DNA of 32,000 bases from Opitutales bacterium. Lineage in GTDB: Bacteria; Verrucomicrobiota; Verrucomicrobiia; Opitutales; Coraliomargaritaceae. Where the stretch lies: positions 150,001 to 182,000 of the forward strand of contig JBMYVL010000002.1 of the NCBI GenBank assembly GCA_049606355.1, given 5' to 3'. Both the position numbers and the translations under genes were made by a program. Below the pieces are notes generated by a model. It worked only from the letters and a program-made list of their open reading frames with translations, ran no database searches and had not been told where the DNA came from. How positions within the stretch are numbered: position 1 is the first letter of the stretch; each line of letters begins with the position of its first letter. Positions 18,444 to 28,481 of this stretch are shown here, in pieces.

Positions 18444-19448
18444 CTAGCGGCATCTCGATAGCCATCGATGCATGCACTTTGAATACGCCTGTAAGCAAAA
18501 TCTGCAACTCGCCCACTTAACTGACAATGGAAGTTTGTGAAGCTGCGGGTGCTCACATAAATCGAGTACGCGTATCCCCTGTTCATAAGCACCTGTACGA
18601 ATAAATTTCCATGCTCCTGCTAAGATAAACTGATGCATAAAATTCGATTTCAGCCGCTCAAGTTCACGATCTTCAATAAGACCCTTAACACGCACTAACT
18701 CAAAAATATCATTTAGTGCCTCAATGGTCGATGCCTGAAACATCGTCATCGTTACGCTATGGGGGTGTATCGTATATGCCGCCAGGGCCTCATCTATCAC
18801 ATAAGCACCATATACAGAGAATGCTCGTGCCCAGAGGTCATAATCAACAGGCGCATAAGCATCGATATCCCAATCCCCCACCCATTGATACACATCGCGC
18901 CGGAACACAAATGAAGGAAATCGCATCGAGGAAGAATTACCGAGTAAGCGTCGTACCGCCTGTTTAGGTGAGTACCTTCCCGCATGCCCAAATATATGCT
19001 TTCGTAATGGTCTCTTGTGTAGATCGACCAGCTGTACCCCAAAGAGAAGCACGGCGTGACGGTTGTTTAAGTCACGAAGATGCTTCACCAATTTACCAAC
19101 GGCACCCGTCAATAGATAATCATCGTCATGAATCATGAAAATGTAAGAGCCTTTCGCTAACTGCACTGCGCGGTTAAAGCTCTTAACCATTTTTTCAGGC
19201 CCCGAAAGCAATGGCCCTAGGTTATTCTTAAAATAACACCAAGGGTGTGGATAGTTAGCGAATAAAGCCTCAACGGCCTCTTTGGTTTCATTGCCGGTGG
19301 AATTATCCGTGACGATAATCTCAACATCAGCGGTGTCCGCCATAACTGATCGAAGCGTACGCATCAAAAGCGTCACGCGATTGTGGGTGGGCACGCAGAT
19401 GCTCAACAGGGGGCGCTTGGGGCCGTTTAAGAACACGTTGTTTTGCAT
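18444..19448 (-). CDS. Family 2 glycosyltransferase
   Basis: It has LSICVPTHNR, IEIIVTDNSTGNET and a DDD motif (IHDDDYL). I placed the start at ATG 19448 (MQNNVF...). The ORF-track start at 19487 adds 13 codons. Confidence 0.8.
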   Translation of the reverse strand: MQNNVFLNGPKRPLLSICVPTHNRVTLLMRTLRSVMADTADVEIIVTDNSTGNETKEAVEALFANYPHPWCYFKNNLGPLLSGPEKMVKSFNRAVQLAKGSYIFMIHDDDYLLTGAVGKLVKHLRDLNNRHAVLLFGVQLVDLHKRPLRKHIFGHAGRYSPKQAVRRLLGNSSSMRFPSFVFRRDVYQWVGDWDIDAYAPVDYDLWARAFSVYGAYVIDEALAAYTIHPHSVTMTMFQASTIEALNDIFELVRVKGLIEDRELERLKSNFMHQFILAGAWKFIRTGAYEQGIRVLDLCEHPQLHKLPLSVKWASCRFCLQAYSKCMHRWLSRCR

Positions 19449-19584
19449 TGTTGACTGGATCACATTTTGAGTGATGTGGCACCGCACATGCGGACTGGAT
19501 CCCTGGACCTCAGGAATGCTTCATTGATTTCATTAACCAAGCTTGACGCGATGTCTCAGCTCATGGTCGCTACAAGCGCCGTAA

Positions 19585-20808
19585 TCAGAAGCACTTCAGT
19601 TCCGGTATCGGCACTACAAATTGTGCCCCCCAATCGCGCACATAAGATAACTGTTCGACGATCTCGTCTTTCAAATTCCAAGGAAGAATGATGATATAAT
19701 CGGGCCTCTCGCTGAGAATCTTCGACTCATCAACTATTGGAATATGACTACCAGGTAAAAAATGTCCCTGCTTGTAGTCACTGGCGTCTACTACAAAACT
19801 AATAAAGTCCTGTCGAACACCACAAAAGTTAAGCAAGGTATTGCCCTTTGCAGCAGCTCCATATGCGGCAACCTTATGCCCCGCCTCCTTCTGCTGAATT
19901 AAGAACTTTAGTAACGAAAGTTTAATCTGGTCCACTTTCCGCTGGAACCCTTGGTAGTACTCCATGGTTTGCATCCCTGCAGAGCGCTCATTATCTAGTA
20001 GCTCTTGGACTCTGCTGCGTGTGGGTTGCCGGCCATTTGCATGCTGGGCATAAATCCGTAGCGAACCCCCATGCGTCGTAATCTCTTCTACATCAAAAAT
20101 GTGTAAGCCGTGTACGGCGAAAATTTGAACGACGGTATAAAAGGAAAAATACGAAAAGTGCTCATGATAAATCGTATCAAACTCTACGGATTCGACCAAA
20201 CGCATGAGGTGCGGGAACTCCATAGTAATAATTCCAGGTTCACTCAGTAGGCGCTTCATCCCACTGACGAAGTCATTCAAATCTGGGACATGCGCTAAGA
20301 CATTATTTCCGATCAATAAATCCGCAACTTTCCCCTCAGCGACTAAGTTATCCGCTAGCTCGAAACCAAAGAATTCGACTCGAGTCTCAATCCCCTTTTT
20401 AGCTGCAATTGTGGCGACTGACTGCGAAGGGTCGATACCCAGAACAGGCACCTTACGTTCCTTAAAATATTGAAGAAGATAGCCATCATTCGACGCTAAC
20501 TCCACGACCTGCCAGCTTGGATCGATTTGAAATCGATCCACCACCATAGCTACATACGCTTCTGCATGCTTTAACCAGGTGTTTGAATAAGATGAAAAAT
20601 AGGCATACTCCTCACTGAATATTTCGTGTGCGGACTTGTGCTCATCAATTTGTACAAGGAATGTACGATCACTTACATACAGACGTAATGGATAATAAGC
20701 CTCCAACTCATTAAGCTGCTCCTTTTTCAAATAAGAGTTGGACGGCGGACTAAAGCCTAAATCAACGAAAAGCGCATCGAGCGGCAGTGAATCAAATCTA
20801 CAGTTCAT
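19585..20808 (-). CDS. TylCIII-architecture SAM-dependent (C-)methyltransferase, with degenerate N-terminal Zn-ribbon ligands
   Basis: It has the N-terminal LDLG.SPPSNSYL-type motif, a class I MTase core (VVELASNDGYLL; ADLLIGNNVLAHVPD), YHEH.SYFS, and a C-terminal Rossmann-like domain (KVAAYGAAAKG..LLNF..... FVVD.S..KQG.F.PGSHIPI......... PDYIIILPWN). Confidence 0.8.
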   Translation of the reverse strand: MNCRFDSLPLDALFVDLGFSPPSNSYLKKEQLNELEAYYPLRLYVSDRTFLVQIDEHKSAHEIFSEEYAYFSSYSNTWLKHAEAYVAMVVDRFQIDPSWQVVELASNDGYLLQYFKERKVPVLGIDPSQSVATIAAKKGIETRVEFFGFELADNLVAEGKVADLLIGNNVLAHVPDLNDFVSGMKRLLSEPGIITMEFPHLMRLVESVEFDTIYHEHFSYFSFYTVVQIFAVHGLHIFDVEEITTHGGSLRIYAQHANGRQPTRSRVQELLDNERSAGMQTMEYYQGFQRKVDQIKLSLLKFLIQQKEAGHKVAAYGAAAKGNTLLNFCGVRQDFISFVVDASDYKQGHFLPGSHIPIVDESKILSERPDYIIILPWNLKDEIVEQLSYVRDWGAQFVVPIPELKCF

Positions 20809-20864
20809 ATGTTTTAGTGTTTAGATTGAGTGTTCACAAAACGTTATGATGTCGTCGCGTCTCC

Positions 20865-22097
20865 CTAAGCCGCATCATCCCATGTATCCAGTGATCCGGT
20901 TCGCCTCAAGTGATCGATTCGGTCGACTAGATACTCACTGAAAGGGATGGCGCAGGTCCATCCAGGGGACACTGAGTTCAGTACGTGAAAGGAACGGTCA
21001 TCGCCTTCAAAATAAAAATCCATGACTAGCGAACGCTTCTTCACATTCAACAATTGCGCACGAATACCGGCCGCACCCCACTCCTTAAAAGATTCGGGCT
21101 TCAAGCCAGCTGCCAATTCCTGAGTGAGACGAACCAGATGACTTTGCTGGTACTTGCGCAATTCCTCATAGGCCAGACGCCTAAAATCAAAATCCGCATG
21201 CAGCATGAGTTGTGAGCCCCTGTGCAAAATCTCAAACAATTCATCCCATTCAAAATTGGTGCCCCCTTTATATTGTTCACGCCAAAACGCAGGTATTGCA
21301 GTCGGCCCTATCTTACTATGCCCATCAACGGTAACTGTTACATGTACGCCCAGGAATGGATTTCGTAGGTCTGGAACAGGATAAATATTCGTACGAAAAC
21401 TGCCGATTGGTTCATGCGACTTCAGGTACAGCCCTTTAAATGGGAAGATCATGTAATCTCGACCAAAGCCAAAGGCATGTGCGACCTTATCTGCGTATAA
21501 ACCTGCAGTATTGATCACATATCCAGCTTCGATGCTGTCGTGACTCAGACTGATTCGATTTTTATCACAGCCGACAAAGCGCTGGCCGAGGCAAAGTTCG
21601 ACGCCTCGTTTAACTACTTCATCGTGAAATGCCTGTAATACACGTAATGGATCGGCCGTAGCTGTATCTGGACTCCACAAGGCGTATTGGCTTGTTTTCG
21701 CACGTGGTTCAATTTCGCGCGCATCGTCAGCGCTTATTTTAAATAATTTCACGCCGTTTCGAATGCCACGCTCCAACAATTCATCTAGAGTTTTTAATTC
21801 AGCTTCATTTTGTGCAACGACCAGTTTGCCACATTCATTGAGCGGCAATTGACGTCTCCTTATAAACTCTTTCAAGCTACGATTCCCTTCTCGAGTAAAG
21901 CGTGCCTTTAAGCTATCAGCGGTATAGTAAAAGCCAGCATGTATGACTCCACTATTACGCCCACTTCCATGGAGGCCCAAGCGTGCTTCCTTATCTACAA
22001 CGCAAACTGATGCATCGGGATAACGACGCTTCAGTGTGAGTGCCACATTGATTCCTATAATGCCGGCACCTATGATTAGATAATCAACGGTTTTCAT
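20865..22097 (-). CDS. FAD-dependent oxidoreductase, L-2-hydroxyglutarate oxidase (LhgO)-like
   Basis: It has the dinucleotide fold DYLIIGAGIIGINVA, then GSGRNSGVIHAGFYYT.DSLKA.F...GN, FPFKG.Y, IYPVPD...PFLGVH.T...DG....GP.A and GIRAQ. The order and spacing match E. coli LhgO. Confidence 0.8.
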   Translation of the reverse strand: MKTVDYLIIGAGIIGINVALTLKRRYPDASVCVVDKEARLGLHGSGRNSGVIHAGFYYTADSLKARFTREGNRSLKEFIRRRQLPLNECGKLVVAQNEAELKTLDELLERGIRNGVKLFKISADDAREIEPRAKTSQYALWSPDTATADPLRVLQAFHDEVVKRGVELCLGQRFVGCDKNRISLSHDSIEAGYVINTAGLYADKVAHAFGFGRDYMIFPFKGLYLKSHEPIGSFRTNIYPVPDLRNPFLGVHVTVTVDGHSKIGPTAIPAFWREQYKGGTNFEWDELFEILHRGSQLMLHADFDFRRLAYEELRKYQQSHLVRLTQELAAGLKPESFKEWGAAGIRAQLLNVKKRSLVMDFYFEGDDRSFHVLNSVSPGWTCAIPFSEYLVDRIDHLRRTGSLDTWDDAA

Positions 22098-22115
22098 TAA
22101 ATGTACCCGCGCCGC

Positions 22116-23312
22116 CTAGAGCCCAATGATCTCGGGATATAGCTTACGCTTAGACAGCATACTGCGGATTTCCTTTGTGTAGATTCCGTTCATGGCAATC
22201 ACTACATCGGGTTGATATGCTTTAAGGAAATCCGGCTGCTGGTACTGTATGCCAAATCCGGGTATGAAGTTCCCAGCCAAGTAAGGATTTATATCGACGA
22301 CATGTTCAACTAAGCCAATAGAGTCGAACTGGGTCAAAAAGCCGACTGCCTTGGACCCACCACCCCATAAGACAACTCGCCTTCCGGAATCCTTGTAAGC
22401 ACACAGGCGTGTTCGCCATGACTCTAGTTGCTTATTAATTACTGAGGTAAAGCGAGCAACTAACAGCTTGAGTTCGCTAAAACTTTCTTCCAACGGGTGC
22501 TTACTTGTAGGTCGTTTATCTGACGGACGTCCTTCAATGAGTAGATACTGTTGGTTGTATTCGAGATGCAGATCCAGAACATCAAAGTAATTTCTACGGA
22601 ACAATCCAGCTAGCGATGCCGGTGTGAAATAGTTGCAGTGCTCGTTGAATATATCCCAGAAGGAATGCGTCTGCAAAATACGTAGCATATTGGGCACCTC
22701 AAACAGCAGTATCGGTTGTTGCGTACGACAAGTATCTCGAATCGTACGAACAAACTGCTGGGCGTTAGGAATGTGCTCCAAAGTGTGCCGACAAACGATA
22801 CAATCACTGTCAATTTGAGGGGTTTCGGGACCGAAGAAATCTTTCCGGAAATTCACATGCGCAGACGTTGGCGCCCGACTTGCATCCCATGCAGGATCCA
22901 ATCCCACACCACTATTGTCACCCAATTGACAGATTAATTGTAAAAAATCCCCTTTGCCGCAGCCGATTTCAAAAATGCGCTTCTGGCGCATGCTGTACCT
23001 ATTGATGAATCGATTGGTAACCGTATGAATGAAGTCCCTAAACATGGGTGAAAAGCTCTGTTGGTCTTCATAACCTTGCGTATAATAGTCCCAATCGCGG
23101 TTGAAGGTTCGATTAAAGATAAACCCACACGCATGACACAGGTTCAGTTCGATCGTCTGGCGAGGTATGGCTAATGCCGCATCATAACTACCCACTGTGA
23201 TAACGCTCTGTATGGGGGCATCTTCGATAGTGAAGAAAGCTTCCAAATTATCATGCTGGCAGCAGGGGCATACGGAGTGGTCCGTTTGCTTCATTTTGAA
23301 AGTCGCCTCCAT
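22116..23312 (-). CDS. TylCIII-architecture SAM-dependent methyltransferase with an intact Zn-ribbon (CxCC...CxxC)
   Basis: It has CPCCQHDNL...LNLCHACGFIFN, a class I MTase core (IFEIGCGKGDFL; CIVCRHTLEHIP), NEHCNYFT, and a C-terminal Rossmann-like domain (VVLWGGGSKAVGFL...VVDINP...G.FIPG.G......PDVVIAMN). The start is ambiguous: ATG 23312, 23294 or 23366. The 23366 start would overlap the upstream SDR gene by 44 nt. Confidence 0.75.
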   Translation of the reverse strand: MEATFKMKQTDHSVCPCCQHDNLEAFFTIEDAPIQSVITVGSYDAALAIPRQTIELNLCHACGFIFNRTFNRDWDYYTQGYEDQQSFSPMFRDFIHTVTNRFINRYSMRQKRIFEIGCGKGDFLQLICQLGDNSGVGLDPAWDASRAPTSAHVNFRKDFFGPETPQIDSDCIVCRHTLEHIPNAQQFVRTIRDTCRTQQPILLFEVPNMLRILQTHSFWDIFNEHCNYFTPASLAGLFRRNYFDVLDLHLEYNQQYLLIEGRPSDKRPTSKHPLEESFSELKLLVARFTSVINKQLESWRTRLCAYKDSGRRVVLWGGGSKAVGFLTQFDSIGLVEHVVDINPYLAGNFIPGFGIQYQQPDFLKAYQPDVVIAMNGIYTKEIRSMLSKRKLYPEIIGL

Positions 23313-23322
23313 ACTCGCAGCT

Positions 23323-24387
23323 TTATGCAGCAATCGCGGGGGACGTACCCCATTGTAAGCTTTCATTTAGTAAACCCCGGTCACGCAATTGGTTCAGGGT
23401 TTGCAAGCGTATGAATTGCGATTGACGGAAATTCGGATCAGCAAAGCGCATTCGTTTGAGTCCGTCCCTCAATTCACGAATAGTACTCTTTAAATCGTGC
23501 AATGGTTGATAGTTTGGCGCAAGTTGCTCGAACAAATCAAAATTCACACGATACGACCGCCGGTCGGGGGCCGCGTTTGCATTGATATGAACTTCAGTGC
23601 CCGGGATCTCTTCAGCCACTGCTTCGGCCAAGAACTTTATTTGTTGGTTCCACTCGTTGGAGCCTGCATTTACTGCTAAAAATGCGCCTCCATTCTCAGG
23701 TGTGCGCAAGACACCCCATTCGATGACACGAGCCATGTCCTGAATATTGATCATCGGGCGCCACGGTGTACCATCGCTGAGTATTTCAATGCGTTTATCC
23801 ACCCACGCACCAGCGACGAAATCGTTGAGCGCTAAATCAAGTCGTAAACGACTCGAGAAGCCACACGCAGTGGCAAAGCGCGGACAAGTCACAGTAAAGT
23901 CGTCATCCGCCATTTCCTTGAGCACCTCTTCAGTAGCAATTTTAGAACGCGCGTAAGCCGTCAAGGGGTTCAATCGGTCACATTCTTTTTTGGCATGTTT
24001 ACTGGCGGCACCATAGACGCTACAACTAGAGGCATAGACGAAGCTCTTGACCTGACGGCGCTTACACATCTCCGCAACTCGAACGGCCGCCCGATGGTTG
24101 ATTTCCATCGTTACCTCAGCATAGGCATTTCCCATTGGGTCATTGGAAATAGCCGCTAGATTGACGACCGCATCCACACCTTCCAGCAATTGCTCTGGGA
24201 ATGCACGAATATCTCCGAAAAACTGACGCCCCATGCGTACCTCCGGCAGATACGTGGGGCTACTCAGGCAATGCGCGAAATAACCGATATCGAATCCAAT
24301 CAGGTCCAAATTGTTTATTTTAGACTGAAATTGTTGCGTTACCGCTGACCCAACATAACCGAGGTTTCCTAATATAATTATTTTCAT
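23323..24387 (-). CDS. Extended-SDR NAD-dependent epimerase/dehydratase/reductase (not RfbG-like)
   Basis: It has the N-terminal KIIILGNLGYVGS (GxxGxxG), the catalytic YARSK (YxxxK) and SS.SVYG. The N-terminus and overall pattern do not resemble the CDP-glucose 4,6-dehydratase motif (VTGHTGFKGSWL). Confidence 0.85.
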   Translation of the reverse strand: MKIIILGNLGYVGSAVTQQFQSKINNLDLIGFDIGYFAHCLSSPTYLPEVRMGRQFFGDIRAFPEQLLEGVDAVVNLAAISNDPMGNAYAEVTMEINHRAAVRVAEMCKRRQVKSFVYASSCSVYGAASKHAKKECDRLNPLTAYARSKIATEEVLKEMADDDFTVTCPRFATACGFSSRLRLDLALNDFVAGAWVDKRIEILSDGTPWRPMINIQDMARVIEWGVLRTPENGGAFLAVNAGSNEWNQQIKFLAEAVAEEIPGTEVHINANAAPDRRSYRVNFDLFEQLAPNYQPLHDLKSTIRELRDGLKRMRFADPNFRQSQFIRLQTLNQLRDRGLLNESLQWGTSPAIAA

Positions 24388-24459
24388 ACTGCTTCTTGGT
24401 TACTTATTATTTATGGTTCGCTTGCGTGGCTCTAATCGTTGCATCGCGCTTAAGGCAAC

Positions 24460-25236
24460 TCAGTCCCAAATTTTCCAAGGAGCTGCTCCTGATTTCCATA
24501 AGTCCTCGAGAACCATCTTATCTCGCAACGTATCCATGGGTTGCCAGAAGCCTAAATGCCGGTAAGCCGCCATTTGCCCCTCTTTACATAGTTGCTTTAA
24601 AGGCTCTTGTTCCCAAGTGACCGTATCGGATTTGATGTATTTAAGAACTTCTGGCTCGAGGACGAAAAATCCGCCATTAATCCATGCACCATCGCCTTGA
24701 GGCTTTTCGACAAATTCGGGTACCTGGTCGCAATCCGGATGTAGTGCGAATGCGCCAAATCGACCTGGTGGTTTAATCGCAGTCATTGTAGCTAATAGCC
24801 CCTTTTTCCTGTGGAATGCGATCGTGTCTGTAATATTCACATTCGCGACGCCGTCACCATATGTCATACAAAAGGTCTCGTCGCCAATGTGTTCTTTGAG
24901 GCGGAGCAAGCGACCGCCGGTCATACTGCTTAAACCAGTATCAACACAGGTCACCGTCCACGCTTCAGCTTTATGGCGATGCACTTGAATACTATTATCC
25001 GCCAAGTTAAAAGTGACGTCAGCCATCGCCATGAAAAGATTGGCAAAATAGTGCTTAATGACCTCGCCCTTATAGCCACATGCCACGATGAAATCAGTAA
25101 TGCCATGACAGCTGTATAGTTTCATAATGTGCCATAGGATTGGTTGAAGTCCGATTTCAACCATCGGTTTTGGCCGAACCGAACTCTCTTCACTAATTCG
25201 TGTGCCATAACCACCCGCTAAGATAACTGCTTTCAT
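24460..25236 (-). CDS. rfbF: Glucose-1-phosphate cytidylyltransferase
   Basis: It has [53 protein letters not shown] and C-terminal [22 protein letters not shown]. This is the characteristic RfbF pattern, and the 258-aa length is typical. Confidence 0.92.
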   Translation of the reverse strand: MKAVILAGGYGTRISEESSVRPKPMVEIGLQPILWHIMKLYSCHGITDFIVACGYKGEVIKHYFANLFMAMADVTFNLADNSIQVHRHKAEAWTVTCVDTGLSSMTGGRLLRLKEHIGDETFCMTYGDGVANVNITDTIAFHRKKGLLATMTAIKPPGRFGAFALHPDCDQVPEFVEKPQGDGAWINGGFFVLEPEVLKYIKSDTVTWEQEPLKQLCKEGQMAAYRHLGFWQPMDTLRDKMVLEDLWKSGAAPWKIWD

Positions 25237-25322
25237 TAATCGCTTTCGATGCTCACTTTTCGTCGACGATCTCTCAGCCGTAACACCATTAGATAAGTCC
25301 GATACGAAGGTCTATTGCCGCG

Positions 25323-26582
25323 TTAATCGGCTTTTATACTGCAGGAAGCTGCCTGATGGCGCCTTGCATAACTACGCTCAATAAAAGCTGAGCACAGTAC
25401 AAACAGCACCCATTTGTCACTGTTATGCGTTAGATAACAGCTTTCCGTCAGACCCAGTACTAAAAGATAAATTAAAATACAAAAAAACAGAATACCGACG
25501 GACTCATCTCTCATGAAGGTCAGCTTGAAACCTAGAAAAAAGCTACGGCCTACGGTGCAGACAAAAACAATGACACCGAATAGGCCAATATGCAGAGCCA
25601 TATCCAAAAGGCCATTATGCGCATTCGGACTACTCCAACCCGCATAGGCATGTATGCGCTTACCAAGCACCGGCTCACCCGACCAAAAAGCCTCATAACC
25701 GTAGCCAGTGAATGGGCGTTGCATAATAGCGTCCCAGACTCCCTCCCACAAAGGAATACGACCCGTAAAATTAGAGGAACGCCCAAGCAAGCCCAGTGAC
25801 CATTCAAGGAACGGCGACCAATACAAATACAGAATTCCAAAACCACAAAGAGCTACCCACGCAATAGAAGCCAAGTAACCACCTCCAATTGGCTGTCCCT
25901 CGAGGCGTCGTAATAGCAAAACTCCTATGGCAAGCGACAGGGCGAGTGTCGATGTCACCGACTCGCATGCGATCAATAGCACTCCACCCATCAGGCCAGC
26001 GAGAGCACCGATGCTGGCAGGTAGATGCCCCATCATCGACAAACCCACCAGTATTAACGTCGCTAGACCGACTGTTCGCCCCAAAACATTGGGATGAGTA
26101 AAGATACCACTGTAACGGATGGCGCCAGTCAAATTGGCCGATGCATTGGGAAGTAATAGCAGCGCATTTAGTAGCATCAATAGGAATAGAGCTGTTGCGA
26201 TGCGAATTAAGAGCGCCTCCGCTTCAACTTTTGCAGTCAAAAAGTATGCCAGTAAAGTTGTTCCCAACAGACCAATGCCCCCAGTGACTGAGGCCGATCG
26301 GTCACTACTCCAGAAGATCGAAAACAGGCAAGTCATGGTCACGATGAAGTACCCTGGGTTGCGAATGATAGCGTCCAAGACAGGTCGTGATGAATAGTAA
26401 ATCAGCGTGATGACGATGAGATAGACGAGGCTCCAGAATACTTTCGCCAGTAAGGAGCTTTCCACATCACCTACAATAAGTACAACTCCACCCGAAAGAC
26501 AAAAAAAGAGCCCGACAAGAAGCGCATCGGGGAGCACCGGAACGTGCTTGACTACATTAGCATGTGCACACCGATCACACAT
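25323..26582 (-). CDS. wzy: O-antigen ligase/polymerase-family polytopic membrane protein (Wzy-like)
   Basis: It has about 10 or more hydrophobic segments. A periplasmic loop region has a Wzy_C-like character (SRSSNFTGRIPLWEGVWD.I..RPFTGYGYEAFW...H.HNG.L). It sits between GT genes and the sugar cassette. The start is probably ATG 26582, which overlaps the upstream GT2 by 8 nt. The ORF-track start is 26624. Confidence 0.7.
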   Translation of the reverse strand: MCDRCAHANVVKHVPVLPDALLVGLFFCLSGGVVLIVGDVESSLLAKVFWSLVYLIVITLIYYSSRPVLDAIIRNPGYFIVTMTCLFSIFWSSDRSASVTGGIGLLGTTLLAYFLTAKVEAEALLIRIATALFLLMLLNALLLLPNASANLTGAIRYSGIFTHPNVLGRTVGLATLILVGLSMMGHLPASIGALAGLMGGVLLIACESVTSTLALSLAIGVLLLRRLEGQPIGGGYLASIAWVALCGFGILYLYWSPFLEWSLGLLGRSSNFTGRIPLWEGVWDAIMQRPFTGYGYEAFWSGEPVLGKRIHAYAGWSSPNAHNGLLDMALHIGLFGVIVFVCTVGRSFFLGFKLTFMRDESVGILFFCILIYLLVLGLTESCYLTHNSDKWVLFVLCSAFIERSYARRHQAASCSIKAD

Positions 26583-27519
26583 GGCGCTCTGTATATTCCT
26601 GAATCGATCCACCCCAAGCCCCAAGAAGCATCCCTAAGCCAAGTCCGAGTTCACGCAGTGATTCGACACACCGTACATCGCTACGTAGCAAATACGCCCA
26701 CGCACTCCGCGGCAAAGCCAGCAATACGTGTGCCCCTCCTTGAAGGGCCCAGCGCAAACGGCACAGTCTACCCTTCCCCATAGCACTATCATAGTGCGGC
26801 ATGTTCGCGCCCACCCGCATCGCTCGACGAAATAACCAACGCACCGACATACGCTCCGGTTCGATTGTCTCATAAGCCGTTGCTGTATCACACCAGACAA
26901 CGGCACGATTGGTTTGCTCGGTCAGCTTGAGGAAGAAAAGTGTATCTTCCCCACCAGTTAGAGCAAAACGCGGATCAAAACTCAAACCGCTGCGTCGTAG
27001 GGCTGCGCTAAGAATCAAGGTATTATTGGTAGCTCCATAGGAAATCGGAGTGCCCGTTGTGTAGCGTTGACGATTAAAGAAACCACCTTGACGTGCCCAT
27101 CGGGGCGCCGAACTAGGCAAAACGGGCAAAACCGGCCCACAAACGACAGGTGCCTGAAACTCCACTGCACACTTTAATAGTTCATTGATCCAAATGGGTG
27201 TCGGCCACTCATCATCATCAATAAACGCGATGTAATCACTATGCTTTAACGCATGGCGTAGCGCTGTATTACGAGCATACGAGATGCCTTGTTGAGGCTC
27301 GTGAAAATAATCTATCCTCAAACCTGCATGGCGATAGTGTTCGACAAGACTTAAAGTAGAGCGCTGGCGGTGACCATTCTCAACAACGAGGATATTTAAT
27401 TTAGCCGATGGAAAATCAGGCATTCTCAAAAGCATCAGTTCACGTAACAGTTTACTGAGCCCCCACGCACGATTGCAGGTAATAATCGCAATCGTAACCA
27501 ATTGTATGGATGCCTGCAT
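26575..27519 (-). CDS. Family 2 glycosyltransferase
   Basis: It has TIAIITCNR, ILVVENG, the DDD motif (FIDDDEWP) and later GGED. I placed the start at ATG 27519, which avoids a 43-nt overlap with the upstream GT2 gene. The ORF-track start is 27573. Confidence 0.75.
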   Translation of the reverse strand: MQASIQLVTIAIITCNRAWGLSKLLRELMLLRMPDFPSAKLNILVVENGHRQRSTLSLVEHYRHAGLRIDYFHEPQQGISYARNTALRHALKHSDYIAFIDDDEWPTPIWINELLKCAVEFQAPVVCGPVLPVLPSSAPRWARQGGFFNRQRYTTGTPISYGATNNTLILSAALRRSGLSFDPRFALTGGEDTLFFLKLTEQTNRAVVWCDTATAYETIEPERMSVRWLFRRAMRVGANMPHYDSAMGKGRLCRLRWALQGGAHVLLALPRSAWAYLLRSDVRCVESLRELGLGLGMLLGAWGGSIQEYTERHV

Positions 27520-27530
27520 CTGAAACTTAC

Positions 27531-28481
27531 TCAAGGTTGCAGTAGGTACTTGCATTTGAACGCCAGACGCCAACCCAAGAACTCCTTGCAGCGATTGAAG
27601 CGACGACTTCCAAACGGCAAACTGAGTGGTGGTAAGCCGTGCGCCTCAATCTCACGCCATATTCTACCCAGCATGTGCGTATCCTTTGGATCCATTCGGT
27701 ACAAAATGCGTAAGTACAGCACGGATATCAAAAAGCGCCGACGCGTCGACCGATTGACCGAACAAAGCATCCGATCTCGGATTAGATTAGCCGCAAGCAA
27801 TAAAGACTCAGTGTATGCGAGCCCTCTTTGCTCACTAATACTTTGTGGATTCCTTTCTCGGTAAAAGGCATCGGACTCCGGAACCCAGATGGCACTGGTG
27901 GCAGCCATCAACACACGTGAGAAATACTCACCATCTTGATTTTGTAATAAGGACTCATGCCAACCACCGATCGAACGTATCACTGAAGCGGGCACAAGCC
28001 AGCAATGTGGTGGCGCATAAAAACCATCCGCTAAAGAAGCGAACAGCCAATCGATTGCATCCGCAAAACTACGTCCATTTAGATGACCTGAACGAATCGC
28101 GGTTAGATTTTCCCCAAACCCCCACCAGGGGCCGTATGCCACGGCATGTTGATCTTTTTGATCCAGTAAGGCTTGTACCTGAAATTCGATTTTTTCCGCG
28201 CGGAGTAAATCATCGGCGTCGAGGAATTGAAAGTAATCCCCATGCGCAGCGCGTATCCCATGATTGCGTGCACTACAGGCACCGTACTCTGGAGTGCGGA
28301 TCAGTCGCATTCGCTGGCAACCAGACGCTTCTGCGATGGCCATGCTCTCGTCAGTAGAGCCGTCATCAACGAGTATTAATTCCCATTCCTTCCATGTTTG
28401 CATTCGCACAGACTCCAGTGTGTCGGCCAAAGTATCTGCCGCATTGCGAAAGGGAATGATGATGGATACCAGCGGTGGCAT
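27531..28481 (-). CDS. Family 2 glycosyltransferase
   Basis: It has the classic GT2 N-terminus VSIIIPFRNAADTL..TLESV..QT...WELILVDDGSTDES and the DxD motif FLDADD. Its ATG shares one nucleotide with the wzx stop (ATGA overlap at 28479-28483), which suggests translational coupling. Confidence 0.85.
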   Translation of the reverse strand: MPPLVSIIIPFRNAADTLADTLESVRMQTWKEWELILVDDGSTDESMAIAEASGCQRMRLIRTPEYGACSARNHGIRAAHGDYFQFLDADDLLRAEKIEFQVQALLDQKDQHAVAYGPWWGFGENLTAIRSGHLNGRSFADAIDWLFASLADGFYAPPHCWLVPASVIRSIGGWHESLLQNQDGEYFSRVLMAATSAIWVPESDAFYRERNPQSISEQRGLAYTESLLLAANLIRDRMLCSVNRSTRRRFLISVLYLRILYRMDPKDTHMLGRIWREIEAHGLPPLSLPFGSRRFNRCKEFLGWRLAFKCKYLLQP

